A stretch of DNA of 64,000 bases. Origin: Microcoleus sp. (GTDB taxonomy: Bacteria > Cyanobacteriota > Cyanobacteriia > Cyanobacteriales > Microcoleaceae). This document shows, in pieces, positions 20,871 to 31,363 of the stretch (the stretch's first letter is position 1; each line of letters starts with the position of its first letter). Location: contig JAYFMW010000001.1 in the NCBI GenBank assembly GCA_042408215.1, forward strand, positions 59,627-123,626, in the 5' to 3' direction. The position numbers and the translations under genes are program-made. Below the pieces are notes generated by a model. The model saw only the letters and a program-made list of their open reading frames with translations. It did not search any database and was not told where the DNA came from.

Positions 20871-22052
20871 TTACCCTGTACGCAGCGCTTTCACAGGATC
20901 GAGTTGACTAGCTCGCAAAGCCGGGAAAAAACCTGCTCCCACCCCCACCGCTAATGCCGATCCTAAAGCCAAAGCTGCTGTGTTGCTATCAAATTTATAG
21001 GGTAATTTAAAAACATCGGCAACAACAGTTGTTAACCCGTGTACCGTCACAATAGCAGCAATTCCCCCTACTAAACTTAGAATAACTGCTTCTAAAATAA
21101 ACTGCAACATGATATCCCGCTGAGTAGCCCCAATCGCGCGTCTCAAACCAATTTCTGGGGTGCGTTCCATCACCGATGCGATCGTAATATTAGCAATCCC
21201 CACTCCTCCCACCAGCAGCGAAATTACCCCCACCGCTAAAAGTGCTCGCGAAACCATTTCCAAAGTTTCTTGCTGCTCCAAAATTGTTTTAACATTATTA
21301 CGAACATAAATCTCTGCCTTGGGAAAGCGCTGCTGAAAAACCTTTTTTGCCTGCTTTTCCATCTTTTTAATATCTTTAAAATTGTAAGGGCGCACCAAAA
21401 TTGAGTAAATTCTCTGGCTACCTGTCATCGCTTTGTAAACTGACATAGACACCCACATTTCACCTTTAGGTTCCCCAAAAATGCCTTCCTTGCTCTCCAT
21501 TACGCCGATAACAATGTAAGGTCTGCCTTCAGCATAAATGCGCTGACCTATAGGTTTATTACCACCTTTAAAAAGTTGTGTCGCCAGCATTTCATCAATT
21601 ACCACTACAGGTCGATAGTTAGCAAAATCATTAGAGGAAAAAAACCGCCCCGCCATTAATCGCCGCCCCGATGTCAATAAATGATATTGAGAAACGGCGA
21701 AGATATAAGTTTCCGCTTCTTCAGCCTGAAATATAACTTTTGTGTTATAATGACCAAACCAATTTGATGCACTAATTGCCTGAACTCCTTTCAGCCGTTG
21801 CCGCAAAAAATCCATATCTTCTAACTTCAAACCCACCTCACCCCCCATACCAATGCGAATTTGAGGTGCTTCTCGCTTGGCTAGTTGTTCACTAATCACG
21901 GCGTGGCTAATATTGCCCACTTGCAGCGTTGCGCTGACCGCCGCTACACCCATAAATACTCCAACCGTAGTTAGGGAAGACCGCAAAAGATTGCCACTTA
22001 GGGAAATGCAAGTTAGGCGGATTAGGTCAACAATAGAAAGGCTCATAAGCAA
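20871..22052 (-). CDS. MacB/FtsX-type ABC permease (copy 1)
   Basis: Close paralog of 19475..20647 with the same motifs. Confidence 0.92.
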   Translation of the reverse strand: MLMSLSIVDLIRLTCISLSGNLLRSSLTTVGVFMGVAAVSATLQVGNISHAVISEQLAKREAPQIRIGMGGEVGLKLEDMDFLRQRLKGVQAISASNWFGHYNTKVIFQAEEAETYIFAVSQYHLLTSGRRLMAGRFFSSNDFANYRPVVVIDEMLATQLFKGGNKPIGQRIYAEGRPYIVIGVMESKEGIFGEPKGEMWVSMSVYKAMTGSQRIYSILVRPYNFKDIKKMEKQAKKVFQQRFPKAEIYVRNNVKTILEQQETLEMVSRALLAVGVISLLVGGVGIANITIASVMERTPEIGLRRAIGATQRDIMLQFILEAVILSLVGGIAAIVTVHGLTTVVADVFKLPYKFDSNTAALALGSALAVGVGAGFFPALRASQLDPVKALRTG

Positions 22053-22144
22053 TTATATAGCGGTTTTTCGTTGCAGGAGAACAGGTAATTGGTAATTGAT
22101 AATTGGTGATGGGTGATTGGTGATTGATTGATAGTCTTTAATTG

Positions 22145-23644
22145 TTATTTTCGATCGTCACCCTCTGTTTTTTCTTCTTGAATAGGAGTTCCTGGCTTTA
22201 AGGAAGGTTCAGAAGGGGGTATCACAGCACTGTCACCAGGCCGCAAACCTGAAGTTACTTCTACCTGCGTTAATCCTTCTAAACCTAATGTAACTGGCCG
22301 TTTCTGGGCTTTACCTTGACTGTCACGAATCCAAACAAAAGGCTGAGATTCCGATCGCACAACTACCTCTGTATTCAAAACTACTACCTTCTGACGCTGC
22401 TGCAAAATGATCTCCACATTAACTTGACTCCCTGGAATTAAAGTACCCGATGGATTGTCCAGTTTCACTCTTGCAGGAACCGTTGCTTGAGCGCCTTGAT
22501 TTGATTGATTATTTCCGCTACTATCACCCCTACCCGCCAGAATAGATAAGCTTTCAACTCTTCCTGAAAACTGCTTAGGATTGGGGCCTATAATGCTGAT
22601 ACGGACGGATTGATTCGGTTTAACTTTAGCAGCATTTAGCGTAGAAAGCTGTAGTTTTACCAGTTCTTTTGTCGGGTCGCCTAACGTTAAAAGTTCTTTT
22701 CCCAGCGCTACCCCGTCGCCATTTTTAACCGTGATATCAAGGACCTTGCCATCTATTGATGCCGTCAAAATATTGTTTTTAAATTGTTGTTGCTTTTCTT
22801 GGTAATCAAGCTGTGATCTTTGGAGATCGCGGCTATTTGTGCTAACAGTTAACTGAGCTTCTCGCAGTGCCGACTCAGCAGTTTTCACCTGGTCCTGAAG
22901 TTCTTTTTCTTTGTCTCGCAGCTTACTTTGCTTGCTTTTTAGATCGAGGAGATCGTTGTTGATTTGAAGCTGTGCATCTCGTAAAGTAGCTTTAGCACTG
23001 CGAACTGCTTTTTCCTGAGATTGCACGTCATTTCCCGGAATATAACCTCTTTCAAAAAATGCTTTATCCTCGGTGAGTTTTCGCTCAGCCACCGCTAAAT
23101 CTTCCTTAGCTTCAACAACTTTTTGGCGATCATTTGCCAAGGTAATTTCCTGTTTTTGAATGTCTAATAAATCGTCATTTTGCCCGGATTTATAATCTTC
23201 TATTTTCCCTTGGGCAGTCCTGAGCTTTTCTTGGGCTTCGACAACTTTTTGCCGTAAGCTTTCCAGGGTGAGTTTTTGTTTCTCAATATCCAACTCTACC
23301 TGGCTAAGAGTTATTTTACTTTCCTTGTTGCGAAGAGTGATTAAGTTCTGACCAACTGTCACATTGTCCCCGATTTTTACTAACACCTGATCGACTGTAG
23401 CCTCGGCGGGAGATTTAAGAGTTTGTTGACCACCCAATTCAATAGTGCCGCTTTCATTAATCGTATCTTCAATATCGCCAAGTTTGACGGGAATTAAGCT
23501 CACTCCTATGGGTGCGGGAGGTCGATTTTGATACCACCCGTAGGCAAATAAGCTGCCGCCGATGCCTAGAGTGAGAACACCTGACCACATTAACCATTTG
23601 AGTCCTGTTTTGAAACTATTTTTTTCTTGATGTTTCACTGTCAA
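22145..23644 (-). CDS. MacA/HlyD-type efflux periplasmic adaptor
   Basis: N-terminal TM, lipoyl halves, long coiled coil, VTLGLEGLTQVEVTSGL. Confidence 0.88.
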   Translation of the reverse strand: MTVKHQEKNSFKTGLKWLMWSGVLTLGIGGSLFAYGWYQNRPPAPIGVSLIPVKLGDIEDTINESGTIELGGQQTLKSPAEATVDQVLVKIGDNVTVGQNLITLRNKESKITLSQVELDIEKQKLTLESLRQKVVEAQEKLRTAQGKIEDYKSGQNDDLLDIQKQEITLANDRQKVVEAKEDLAVAERKLTEDKAFFERGYIPGNDVQSQEKAVRSAKATLRDAQLQINNDLLDLKSKQSKLRDKEKELQDQVKTAESALREAQLTVSTNSRDLQRSQLDYQEKQQQFKNNILTASIDGKVLDITVKNGDGVALGKELLTLGDPTKELVKLQLSTLNAAKVKPNQSVRISIIGPNPKQFSGRVESLSILAGRGDSSGNNQSNQGAQATVPARVKLDNPSGTLIPGSQVNVEIILQQRQKVVVLNTEVVVRSESQPFVWIRDSQGKAQKRPVTLGLEGLTQVEVTSGLRPGDSAVIPPSEPSLKPGTPIQEEKTEGDDRK

Positions 23645-23950
23645 CTCCCCTCCTGCAAACTATCAATATCAGGACTTATACCAATTTAATAGGTCGTTGC
23701 ACATATCCCGCTCCCCCTAAATCCCCCTTAAAAAGGGAGTAGGGTGTGAGTAGGGGTTGACTTTGAATTCTTGCTCCCCTTTTTTAAGGGGGCTGGGGGG
23801 ATCGGATTCTATGCAGCCTCATAAAAAATTGGTATTAGGCACTAACTACGATTTTCTGTCATTTCAAGCGAAGCGAGGCAATCTCCAACCCTAATTTCTC
23901 CCGATCAGTGCGTAAATCCTAAATATCTGAAATCGATCGCTCTATTTGAC

Positions 23951-24335
23951 GGGAGCATCCCGATTTTGCACAAATATTAAACTGCAAATTCACCATTCAA
24001 GTAGGTACTACGCAGTTGTAACATTTGAGAAACACTTTCAGATTTCGGCACTGTTAAGCGTGCGCGATCGCCCTTTGACTGTTTTGGTGACTTTTTGGCT
24101 CAAAAAAGGGCGATTTTGGGGCTGACATATTCTAGCATCTGTTGATGTACTACTTTCTCAAGCCCTTCTCAGGCGGCTATTTCTTCTGAATCTGTATGGT
24201 TGTAGAGGATTTGGGCTATCTCCTGAATACAGGCCGATCGGCGTAGTGCTTCGGGGGTTATGCTCATTTTTTCCCCCGATCTACTCTGTTTATTTTGCCC
24301 GCTGGTAGTCTCTTTGCACCCATCGGGATGCTCCC
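23951..24335 (-). mobile_element. Internally deleted ISKra4-like element
   Basis: 14-bp TIRs GGGAGCATCCCGAT / ATCGGGATGCTCCC; decayed transposase ends (ACIQEIAQILYN..QQMLEYVSPKIALF and KSESVSQMLQLRSTYLNG). Confidence 0.7.
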
Positions 24336-24871
24336 GTGTAACTCAAGCAACAGAAAAGGCTAAGATGACCTTACAAAATAGCATTGACAAGGCTGAAAAT
24401 ATTTGCGGTGCGGCTTCAGATGCGATCCAAAGTGCGATCGATGCTATCGTCAAAAATTGGATGGATTCTCATCCTGCAATCTTCTGGTTGGTGAGTCATC
24501 CACCGATCGGGTTAGCAATGCTGCTGCTATTTATATTGATTATATTGGGTTGGTTCCAGGCTTTAGGTAGCTTTTTTTGCAGAAGGATGGTTATCTATTT
24601 TGCAAATACCTGGAAAATTTATACAAGGGGTTTTCAGTGTCGGCTCTAAATCTGTAAGTAATCTCGGTGGAGTGGCTGTCAACTCATTGGTTTCAAGGAA
24701 TCCGGGATTACATAATAATTCAGCTTGACAATTGAGGGGCTTTGAATCAAACAGTTTGGAGTCTCAGGAACGACTTGCTAATATTTTGACAAGGTTAGAG
24801 GCAATTCGACAAGAGCAGAGTCAGCCTCTTTGAGAAAAAATGCAGAAGTGTCGGCTATTTTAGGCAAGTAA
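24336..24871 (+). pseudogene. Decayed duplicate of the 3' half of 16254..17204
   Basis: Near-identical to 16681..17204, with an extra T in a T run, a TTA>TGA change and small insertions. Confidence 0.9.
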
Positions 24872-24985
24872 TTTAATGCAGTGCGATCGAGTGTGGCCCG
24901 ATCGCACTTATGGTAAATTTAAGACATCCAGGCTTTCCATCAAAGCCAGATCAATAAAGGCTTGTAGTCGATCGCCCAATACGCC

Positions 24986-25171
24986 ATGCCCGATTCCGAA
25001 TTCTCCGATGATTTAAAATGGACACCCGAAGCCAAAGCCAAGCTGAAAAATATTCCCTACTTTGTCCGGGGAAAAGCTCGCGTCCGCATCGAGCAGTTGG
25101 CCCGCGAAGCTGAAATGGAAGTTGTAACGGTTGAGCTGGTTGAACAAGCTCGCCTCGAATTTGGGCAATAA
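24986..25171 (+). CDS. PCP reductase family small protein
   Basis: [25 protein letters not shown] motif. Confidence 0.85.
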   Translation: MPDSEFSDDLKWTPEAKAKLKNIPYFVRGKARVRIEQLAREAEMEVVTVELVEQARLEFGQ

Positions 25172-25246
25172 GGGCTCGAAATGTACCCTAAAGCTTTAGA
25201 CTATAAATTGCCCGATCTTAATGTTCACAGAGCTACTGAGTCACCC

Positions 25247-25972
25247 GTGCGGAAAATAGTTATTGCTGGCAACTGGAAAATGTACAAAACCCAGGGTGAA
25301 GCCCTGGAGTTTCTCAAAGGGTTCACGTCTTGCTTGACGGAAACCCCAGAAGAGCGGGAAGTTATTTTATGCGTTCCCTTCACTTCATTGGCCCTCCTCT
25401 CGAAAAATCTCCACGGCGGCCGGGTGCGACTCGGTGCTCAGAATGTTCACTGGGAAGAGTCGGGTGCTTACACCGGGGAAATTTCGGGCCCGATGCTGAC
25501 AGAAATTGGGGTTAGCTACGTCATCATCGGGCACAGCGAACGCCGTCAATATTTTGGTGAAACTGACGAAACGGTGAATTTGCGACTCAAAGCTGCTCAG
25601 AAGTACGGTTTAATTCCGATTTTGTGTGTCGGGGAAACCAAGCAACAGCGAGATGCAGGGGAAACTGAAGCTCACATTTTCTCTCAGTTGGCAAAAGATT
25701 TGGTTGATGTTGACCAAGAAAAGTTGGTTATTGCTTACGAACCGATTTGGGCGATCGGCACTGGTGATACTTGCGAAACCAAGGAAGCTAACCGAGTGAT
25801 TGGTTTGATTCGCTCTAAATTGAGCAATCCTGACGTACCGATTCAATACGGCGGTTCTGTGAAACCGGAAAATATTGATGAAGTCATGGCTCAGCCAGAG
25901 ATTGACGGGGTTTTGGTTGGCGGTGCGAGTTTGGAAGCTGCGAGTTTCTCGCACATTGTCAATTATCAGTAA
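25247..25972 (+). CDS. tpiA: Triosephosphate isomerase
   Basis: [41 protein letters not shown] start at 25247. Confidence 0.97.
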   Translation: MRKIVIAGNWKMYKTQGEALEFLKGFTSCLTETPEEREVILCVPFTSLALLSKNLHGGRVRLGAQNVHWEESGAYTGEISGPMLTEIGVSYVIIGHSERRQYFGETDETVNLRLKAAQKYGLIPILCVGETKQQRDAGETEAHIFSQLAKDLVDVDQEKLVIAYEPIWAIGTGDTCETKEANRVIGLIRSKLSNPDVPIQYGGSVKPENIDEVMAQPEIDGVLVGGASLEAASFSHIVNYQ

Positions 25973-26093
25973 TATCATTTCCGTTTAATTCGGAATTGTA
26001 TCTGATGAAGTTCTGTAGGGACGGGTTCACCAACAATATCTAACAAGTACCAGCAATCTCAAGAAACCCGCCCCCACCCAACAGTAAATCGCC

Positions 26094-26653
26094 ATGAGTA
26101 CCATCGTTAAACCCAAACCCACCTTAGAGCATTTCCTCAAACTTCCTGAAACTGAGCCGGCCTCAGAATTTCTGGACGGAGAAATCAATCAGAAGCCCAT
26201 GCCGCAAGGTGAACATAGCGTACTTCAAGGTGAACTCTGCAAGACGATCAATCAAGTAGCGAAAACTCGGAAAATTGCCCATGCTTTTCCAGAGTTATAC
26301 TGCACCTTTGGCGGCGCGTCAATCGTCCCAGATGTAGCAATATTCCGATGGGAAAGAATTCCTTTTTTGCCCTCTGGTAGAATTGCTAACCGCTTTGAAA
26401 TCAATCCAGATTGGTCGATCGACATTCTATCCCCAAATCAAAGCCAAACAAAAGTGCTGAGTAAATTACTCCACTGTTCGCGACACGGAACTGAGTTGGG
26501 GTGGTTATTAGACCCAGAAGAAGAGAGTATTTTGGCGGTATTTCCAGGAAAAAAAGTAGAACTAATAAAGGTTCAGCTCTATTGCCAATAATTGATAAAA
26601 TTGAATTAAAATTGACAGTTGATACTGTTTTTAGCTGGTTGAGTTTTGGTTGA
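26094..26653 (+). pseudogene. Uma2 family endonuclease, frameshifted near 26560
   Basis: FLKLPETEPASE, MPQGEHS, VPDVA, PDWSIDILSP; expected tail KGSALLPIIDKIELKLTVDTVFSWLSFG* lies in another frame. Confidence 0.7.
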
Positions 26654-26894
26654 ACAGTCCTGGACGCATTAAGACTCAAAGAAACCGGGTTTTTTACAGA
26701 ATCTGTGGGTGGCCACGAAATATTGTCGTGAAAAAACCCGGTTTCTGGCTACCCGGACGTCTAGTAAAATCTCAAATCCCACTATCCCATGATATCAAAT
26801 CCGGTAGCATCGGAATTATTCATCTCTCTCTTCTCTCCCTCTGCGCCCTCTGCGCCCTCTGCGGTTAAATCATTCCGATGCAACCGGAAACGAT

Positions 26895-27764
26895 ATGACA
26901 AATAACAACAACAAAATGATAATTAGAAATAAAGTTTTCGAGTGGGGAAAACGCACTTATTTAATGGGCGTTTTGAATGTTACCCCTGATAGTTTTAGCG
27001 ACGGCGGCGATTTCAATACCATAGAATCGGCTTTAGCGCAAGCTGAAAATATGGTAAAATATGGAGTAGATATTATTGATATTGGCGGTCAATCTACTCG
27101 ACCCGGTGCTGCGGAAATATCCTTAGAAGAGGAGATCGATCGAGTCATTCCTGTTGTCCAAATGCTGCGACAAAAAGCAGATGTTTTTGCAGATATACCT
27201 ATTTCTGTTGATACTACCAGAGCGGATGTTGCCCAAGCTGCTGTGGCTGCGGGAGCCGATATAATTAACGATATTTCGGGAGCTACTTTTGACTCGGAAA
27301 TGCTGTCAACCGTTGCTAAATTAGCAGTTCCCATAATTTTGATGCACCTGCGGGGAACTCCCCAAACGATGCAAAAACTCACAGATTATCGGGATTTAAT
27401 TGGGGAAATTGGCGAATTTTTAGAGAGTCGAATTGCCGCAGCATTAGCAGCAGGAATTGACAAATCTCAAATAATTATCGACCCCGGTATTGGCTTTGCT
27501 AAGACTTACAGTCAAAACTTAGAAATTCTGCGCGATTTGCCAAAATTTCGTTCTTTAAACTGTCCGATTTTAGTCGGAGTATCGCGAAAAAGCTTCATCG
27601 GACAGATTTTGAATCAGCCAGAAGCAAAACAAAGAGTTTGGGGGACAGCGGCGGCTTGTACAGGTGCGATCGCGAATTCTGCCGATATTTTGCGAGTTCA
27701 CGATGTCAGAGAAATGCACGATGTCTGTCAGGTAGCCGACGCCATCTTCAGAAATCAGTCTTGA
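26895..27764 (+). CDS. folP: Dihydropteroate synthase
   Basis: MGVLNVTPDSFSDGG, STRPGA, DPGIGFAK, SRKSF, RVHDV. Confidence 0.97.
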   Translation: MTNNNNKMIIRNKVFEWGKRTYLMGVLNVTPDSFSDGGDFNTIESALAQAENMVKYGVDIIDIGGQSTRPGAAEISLEEEIDRVIPVVQMLRQKADVFADIPISVDTTRADVAQAAVAAGADIINDISGATFDSEMLSTVAKLAVPIILMHLRGTPQTMQKLTDYRDLIGEIGEFLESRIAAALAAGIDKSQIIIDPGIGFAKTYSQNLEILRDLPKFRSLNCPILVGVSRKSFIGQILNQPEAKQRVWGTAAACTGAIANSADILRVHDVREMHDVCQVADAIFRNQS

Positions 27765-28594
27765 GCAGTGTGAGCATCAATAACTTTCATTTCCCCTGGG
27801 TGAGAGTTCGGCTCAAGTTCAGACATAGAACCCATCAACTCGCCCAGAGCTTCTGTCATGCACTTCGGGTCCATAAACAGAATTTTGGCATTATCGCTTT
27901 CGCCCAATTTTTGTTGAGCTTCCAAGTATTTTTCTGTTACTAAGTAATTCAAAACTTGCTGGCTATTGGGATGGGAATCGAGAGCCTCAACTAAGACTCT
28001 CATGTACTCTTTAGTACCAGTAGCTTTATTGACCATTGCTTGACACTCGCTCTTGGTGGCCTGCTCCAATTCCATAGCTTCTTTCACCCTTTTGGGAGGT
28101 GTAATGTTTTGAATTTCCACCCGGATGACTTTGACGCCCCAAGTTTCAGTAGCTTCGTCCAATTTCTTGAGTAACTGCTTATTCATCTCATCTCGTGAAC
28201 TCAAGATCTCTTTCATGGGTAACCGACCAATTTCACCGCGGAACGTAGTTAAAACTAAGTTGGCGATCGCATTTTCAATTTGATCGATTCCGTAATAAGC
28301 TTTCTGCAAATTTACAACCCGCCAATACACCACGGCATCGACGTCGAGAGCCACATTATCTGCCGTGATGGCTGACTGAGGTTTAATATCTAAAACTCTC
28401 TCGCGGCTTGTGTCTACGCAGACGACTTTTTCTACCAGGGGGCTGATCAAGTGGAATCCCGGCTTGAGAGTGCGCTTGTATTGACCCAAACGTTCGACTA
28501 AAGCTTCGTCGCCGCCACTGACTATTTTGACAGAGGAGTTAACAGCGTAGCCGAGGATGAGCGCAACGAGCATGGCTAGAATAGACTGCCCCAT
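27755..28594 (-). CDS. SPFH/band-7 (stomatin-like) protein
   Basis: LVERLGQY, ITADNV, WGVKVIRVEI. Confidence 0.9.
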   Translation of the reverse strand: MGQSILAMLVALILGYAVNSSVKIVSGGDEALVERLGQYKRTLKPGFHLISPLVEKVVCVDTSRERVLDIKPQSAITADNVALDVDAVVYWRVVNLQKAYYGIDQIENAIANLVLTTFRGEIGRLPMKEILSSRDEMNKQLLKKLDEATETWGVKVIRVEIQNITPPKRVKEAMELEQATKSECQAMVNKATGTKEYMRVLVEALDSHPNSQQVLNYLVTEKYLEAQQKLGESDNAKILFMDPKCMTEALGELMGSMSELEPNSHPGEMKVIDAHTAQD

Positions 28595-28804
28595 TTCTAC
28601 TTTCCTGCTAAGGTTGACTGAGAGTTGATTCAGGATTCCACTCTAATTTAACTCAAAATGAGCAGTACAGTGCTACAATATCTCGACTGTTAATAAGTCC
28701 TCACAGTTAGCCACCATTGTCGGACTCTGGAGTGCGATCGTGTACCCTTGGATATCAACAACAAATTTCCCAAAGACATCAACAATCCACCGCGCAGGAA
28801 TAAT

Positions 28805-29584
28805 ATGTTATCAAAGAGGAAAAACGATCGAGAGTTTCGCTTCACAAAACTTTTTACCTGGATTGCCCCAAGCATTTTGGTGGCGGGAATATGCACTTGG
28901 GCAGTTACACCATCGGTAAAAGCTGAGCCAAGCACGCTGCCAAGGCCCCAAAACTTGCAGTCGCAGAACTTACAGCCACCGGGCAGGCCAAGGCCAGTGA
29001 GGGAAGTGATCTCCTACGAGATGAAGGGAGATGAACTCAGGATTTGCAAACAGCAAGGCAACTCCGAGAAAAAGTGCGAAGTTGTAGGCAAAGGATACAC
29101 CGTAGGTTTGAGAACTGCCAACGACCTTTACAATCAAGGAAATGTCGCCAATGCCGAAATTTTGTACCGACAACTGATTGCTCGCTTTCCGAAACAGGGA
29201 GATGCTTATTATAAGTTGGGAACCGTGCTGTCAGCGATCGGTAAAATGAGCGATGCGATCGCCCAATTCCGCCTCGCAATTCAAGTAAACCCACAACACG
29301 CCAAAGCTTACAACGATTTGGGCGTAGCGATGGCAAGTCAAGGCAAGTTGCCTGAAGCAATTGTCGAGTGGAGACAAGCCATTAAAATCAATAGCCAATA
29401 TCCCGATGCTTTAAACAATTTAGGTGTCGCGTTGTTTCAACAAGGAGAGAAGGAAAACCAAGCAGAAGCAGTAGCTGCGCTCAAAAAAGCTCAGGAATTA
29501 TTCGTCAAACAAGGTAGAACTCAAGCAGCTAATAGAGTCGAGGAAATTTTACAACAAATTAATTCGCAGTCGAGCGGATCTTAA
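28805..29584 (+). CDS. Exported tetratricopeptide repeat protein
   Basis: Signal peptide and TPR units (AYYKLG, AYNDLG, ALNNLG); AGGA before ATG 28805. Confidence 0.85.
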   Translation: MLSKRKNDREFRFTKLFTWIAPSILVAGICTWAVTPSVKAEPSTLPRPQNLQSQNLQPPGRPRPVREVISYEMKGDELRICKQQGNSEKKCEVVGKGYTVGLRTANDLYNQGNVANAEILYRQLIARFPKQGDAYYKLGTVLSAIGKMSDAIAQFRLAIQVNPQHAKAYNDLGVAMASQGKLPEAIVEWRQAIKINSQYPDALNNLGVALFQQGEKENQAEAVAALKKAQELFVKQGRTQAANRVEEILQQINSQSSGS

Positions 29585-29892
29585 GCTGCATAGGTTGTTG
29601 TTATTGGTTATTGGTTATTAGAACCAAGAAATAACAAATAACAAATAACAAATAACAACTAACTAATGACTACTGACTGCTGACTACTGACTACTGACTT
29701 CTTAAAACATAGTAGAGTTTCACAAGCCAACAGAGTCGAGCAAATTTTGCAGGAAATCAATGCACGGTCTAGTGGTTCTTAAGCTGCATAGGTTGTTGTT
29801 ATTGGTTATTGGTTATTAGAACCAAGAAATAACAAATAACAAATAACAACTAACAACTAACTAATGACTACTGACTGCTGACTACTGACTTC

Positions 29893-30987
29893 TTAAAACA
29901 TATCCTTCAAAACTTGTAAAATCAAATCCCCATCCACTCGATCGCTCACCGCAGCCTCACCCAAGCGCACCGGTAGCACAAACCGCACCTTGCCATCCTG
30001 CACCTTTTTGTCCAATTGCAAACTCTTCAAAATCTCCTCAACATCTATACCAGCCGGCAATTTCGTAGGCAAACCAGCCTTTTCGATCAAAGCTAACTGA
30101 CGCCCGTCGCACTCAGCATCCCACATTCCCAACTCCACAGCCAACCGGCTCGAAGCCACCATCCCGATACTCACACCTTCCCCGTGATTCACCAGCTTGT
30201 AACCAGTCAAACTTTCCACCGCATGGCCGATAGTGTGTCCGTAATTCAAAATCGCCCGCAAACCCGACTCCTTCTCATCCTTGCTTACCACCTCCGCCTT
30301 AGCTTGGCAAGACCTGCTCAAAATTTCTGCCAGCAAATCCGCCTTCACGTAGCGCATTTGATCCAAACGCCTGCAACTCTCCAACTTCCCGAACAATTCA
30401 GCATCCCAAATCACCCCATACTTAATCACTTCCGCCATTGCCGATCGAAACTCCCTCGCCGGCAGAGTTTTCAGGACATCCGGGTCAATAAACACCAAAC
30501 GCGGCTGGTGAAAAGCCCCAATTAAATTCTTCCCTAAAGGATGGTTTACCCCGGTTTTACCACCAATAGAAGCATCAACCATCGCCAGCAGCGAAGTCGG
30601 AACTTGCACAACATTAATTCCCCGCAACCAAGTCGCCGCCGCAAAACCCGTGATATCCCCAACCACTCCGCCGCCCAAAGCCACCATTGTCGAAGAACGT
30701 TCTAAGCGGTTTTCCAAAGCCGCGCCGTAAATCTTCTGCACCGAATTTAAAGTTTTGTACTGTTCCCCCGGTGGTAAAATGCAGTTACCGACATGAAAAC
30801 CCGCCGATTCTAGGGCCGCAGCCGTCTTTTCCCCGTAATGCCGAAAAATCGACTGATTCGAGACCAGCAGGACTTTTTTGCCCAAATTCAGCCCGCCCAG
30901 CAGCGTGCCGAGTTCGTCTAAACCGCCGGAACGCACGCAAACATTGTAAGATTGTGGGCCCAAGTCAACTTTAATTACTGATTGCAT
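29893..30987 (-). CDS. aroB: 3-dehydroquinate synthase
   Basis: [39 protein letters not shown]. Confidence 0.97.
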   Translation of the reverse strand: MQSVIKVDLGPQSYNVCVRSGGLDELGTLLGGLNLGKKVLLVSNQSIFRHYGEKTAAALESAGFHVGNCILPPGEQYKTLNSVQKIYGAALENRLERSSTMVALGGGVVGDITGFAAATWLRGINVVQVPTSLLAMVDASIGGKTGVNHPLGKNLIGAFHQPRLVFIDPDVLKTLPAREFRSAMAEVIKYGVIWDAELFGKLESCRRLDQMRYVKADLLAEILSRSCQAKAEVVSKDEKESGLRAILNYGHTIGHAVESLTGYKLVNHGEGVSIGMVASSRLAVELGMWDAECDGRQLALIEKAGLPTKLPAGIDVEEILKSLQLDKKVQDGKVRFVLPVRLGEAAVSDRVDGDLILQVLKDMF

Positions 30988-31042
30988 ATTTATCTACTTT
31001 AGATATTAGATTTTAGATTATAGTTCTTATAGGTCTTTTTAT

Positions 31043-31341
31043 AAAGAATACCCTGAAAACCCTGTGACTTTAGTCCAGGGATGAAAGGGCGTTGCAGGAT
31101 TTATCCAGCCAGCCCTCTTTATGCAAGACACAAACCACATTCTGTTACCAGAAAAATGTGGGATGGATACACAGACGCAGGTCTATACCAGCAAATGCCT
31201 ACCACAAGTAGCCATAGACTCAGCAATGGGCGAGTGGGTAGTGGGTTATTGACAAACCCTTTAAGAATCAAGATTTGGGTGGATTCATCCCCCAAAGTTT
31301 GTCCTTAAGAATCCCCGTGTCTTTAGACCGGGGAGTGTCAA
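31043..31341 (+). mobile_element. 299-bp non-autonomous IS200/IS605 mini-element retaining tnpB 3' end/omegaRNA
   Basis: Preceded by TTTAT; LE hairpin CCCTG-TGACTTTAGTC-CAGGG; RE AAGAATCCCCGTGTCTTTAGACCGGGGAGTGTCAA; near-identical copy at 50409..50707. Confidence 0.85.
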
Positions 31342-31363
31342 TGATTGTTTTGGAGAAATTGCA

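Noticed and set aside
31081..31308. 75-aa ORF, also at 50442..50669
   Set aside because: Lies inside the 299-bp mini-element; fused end sequence plus tnpB tail, not a credible gene
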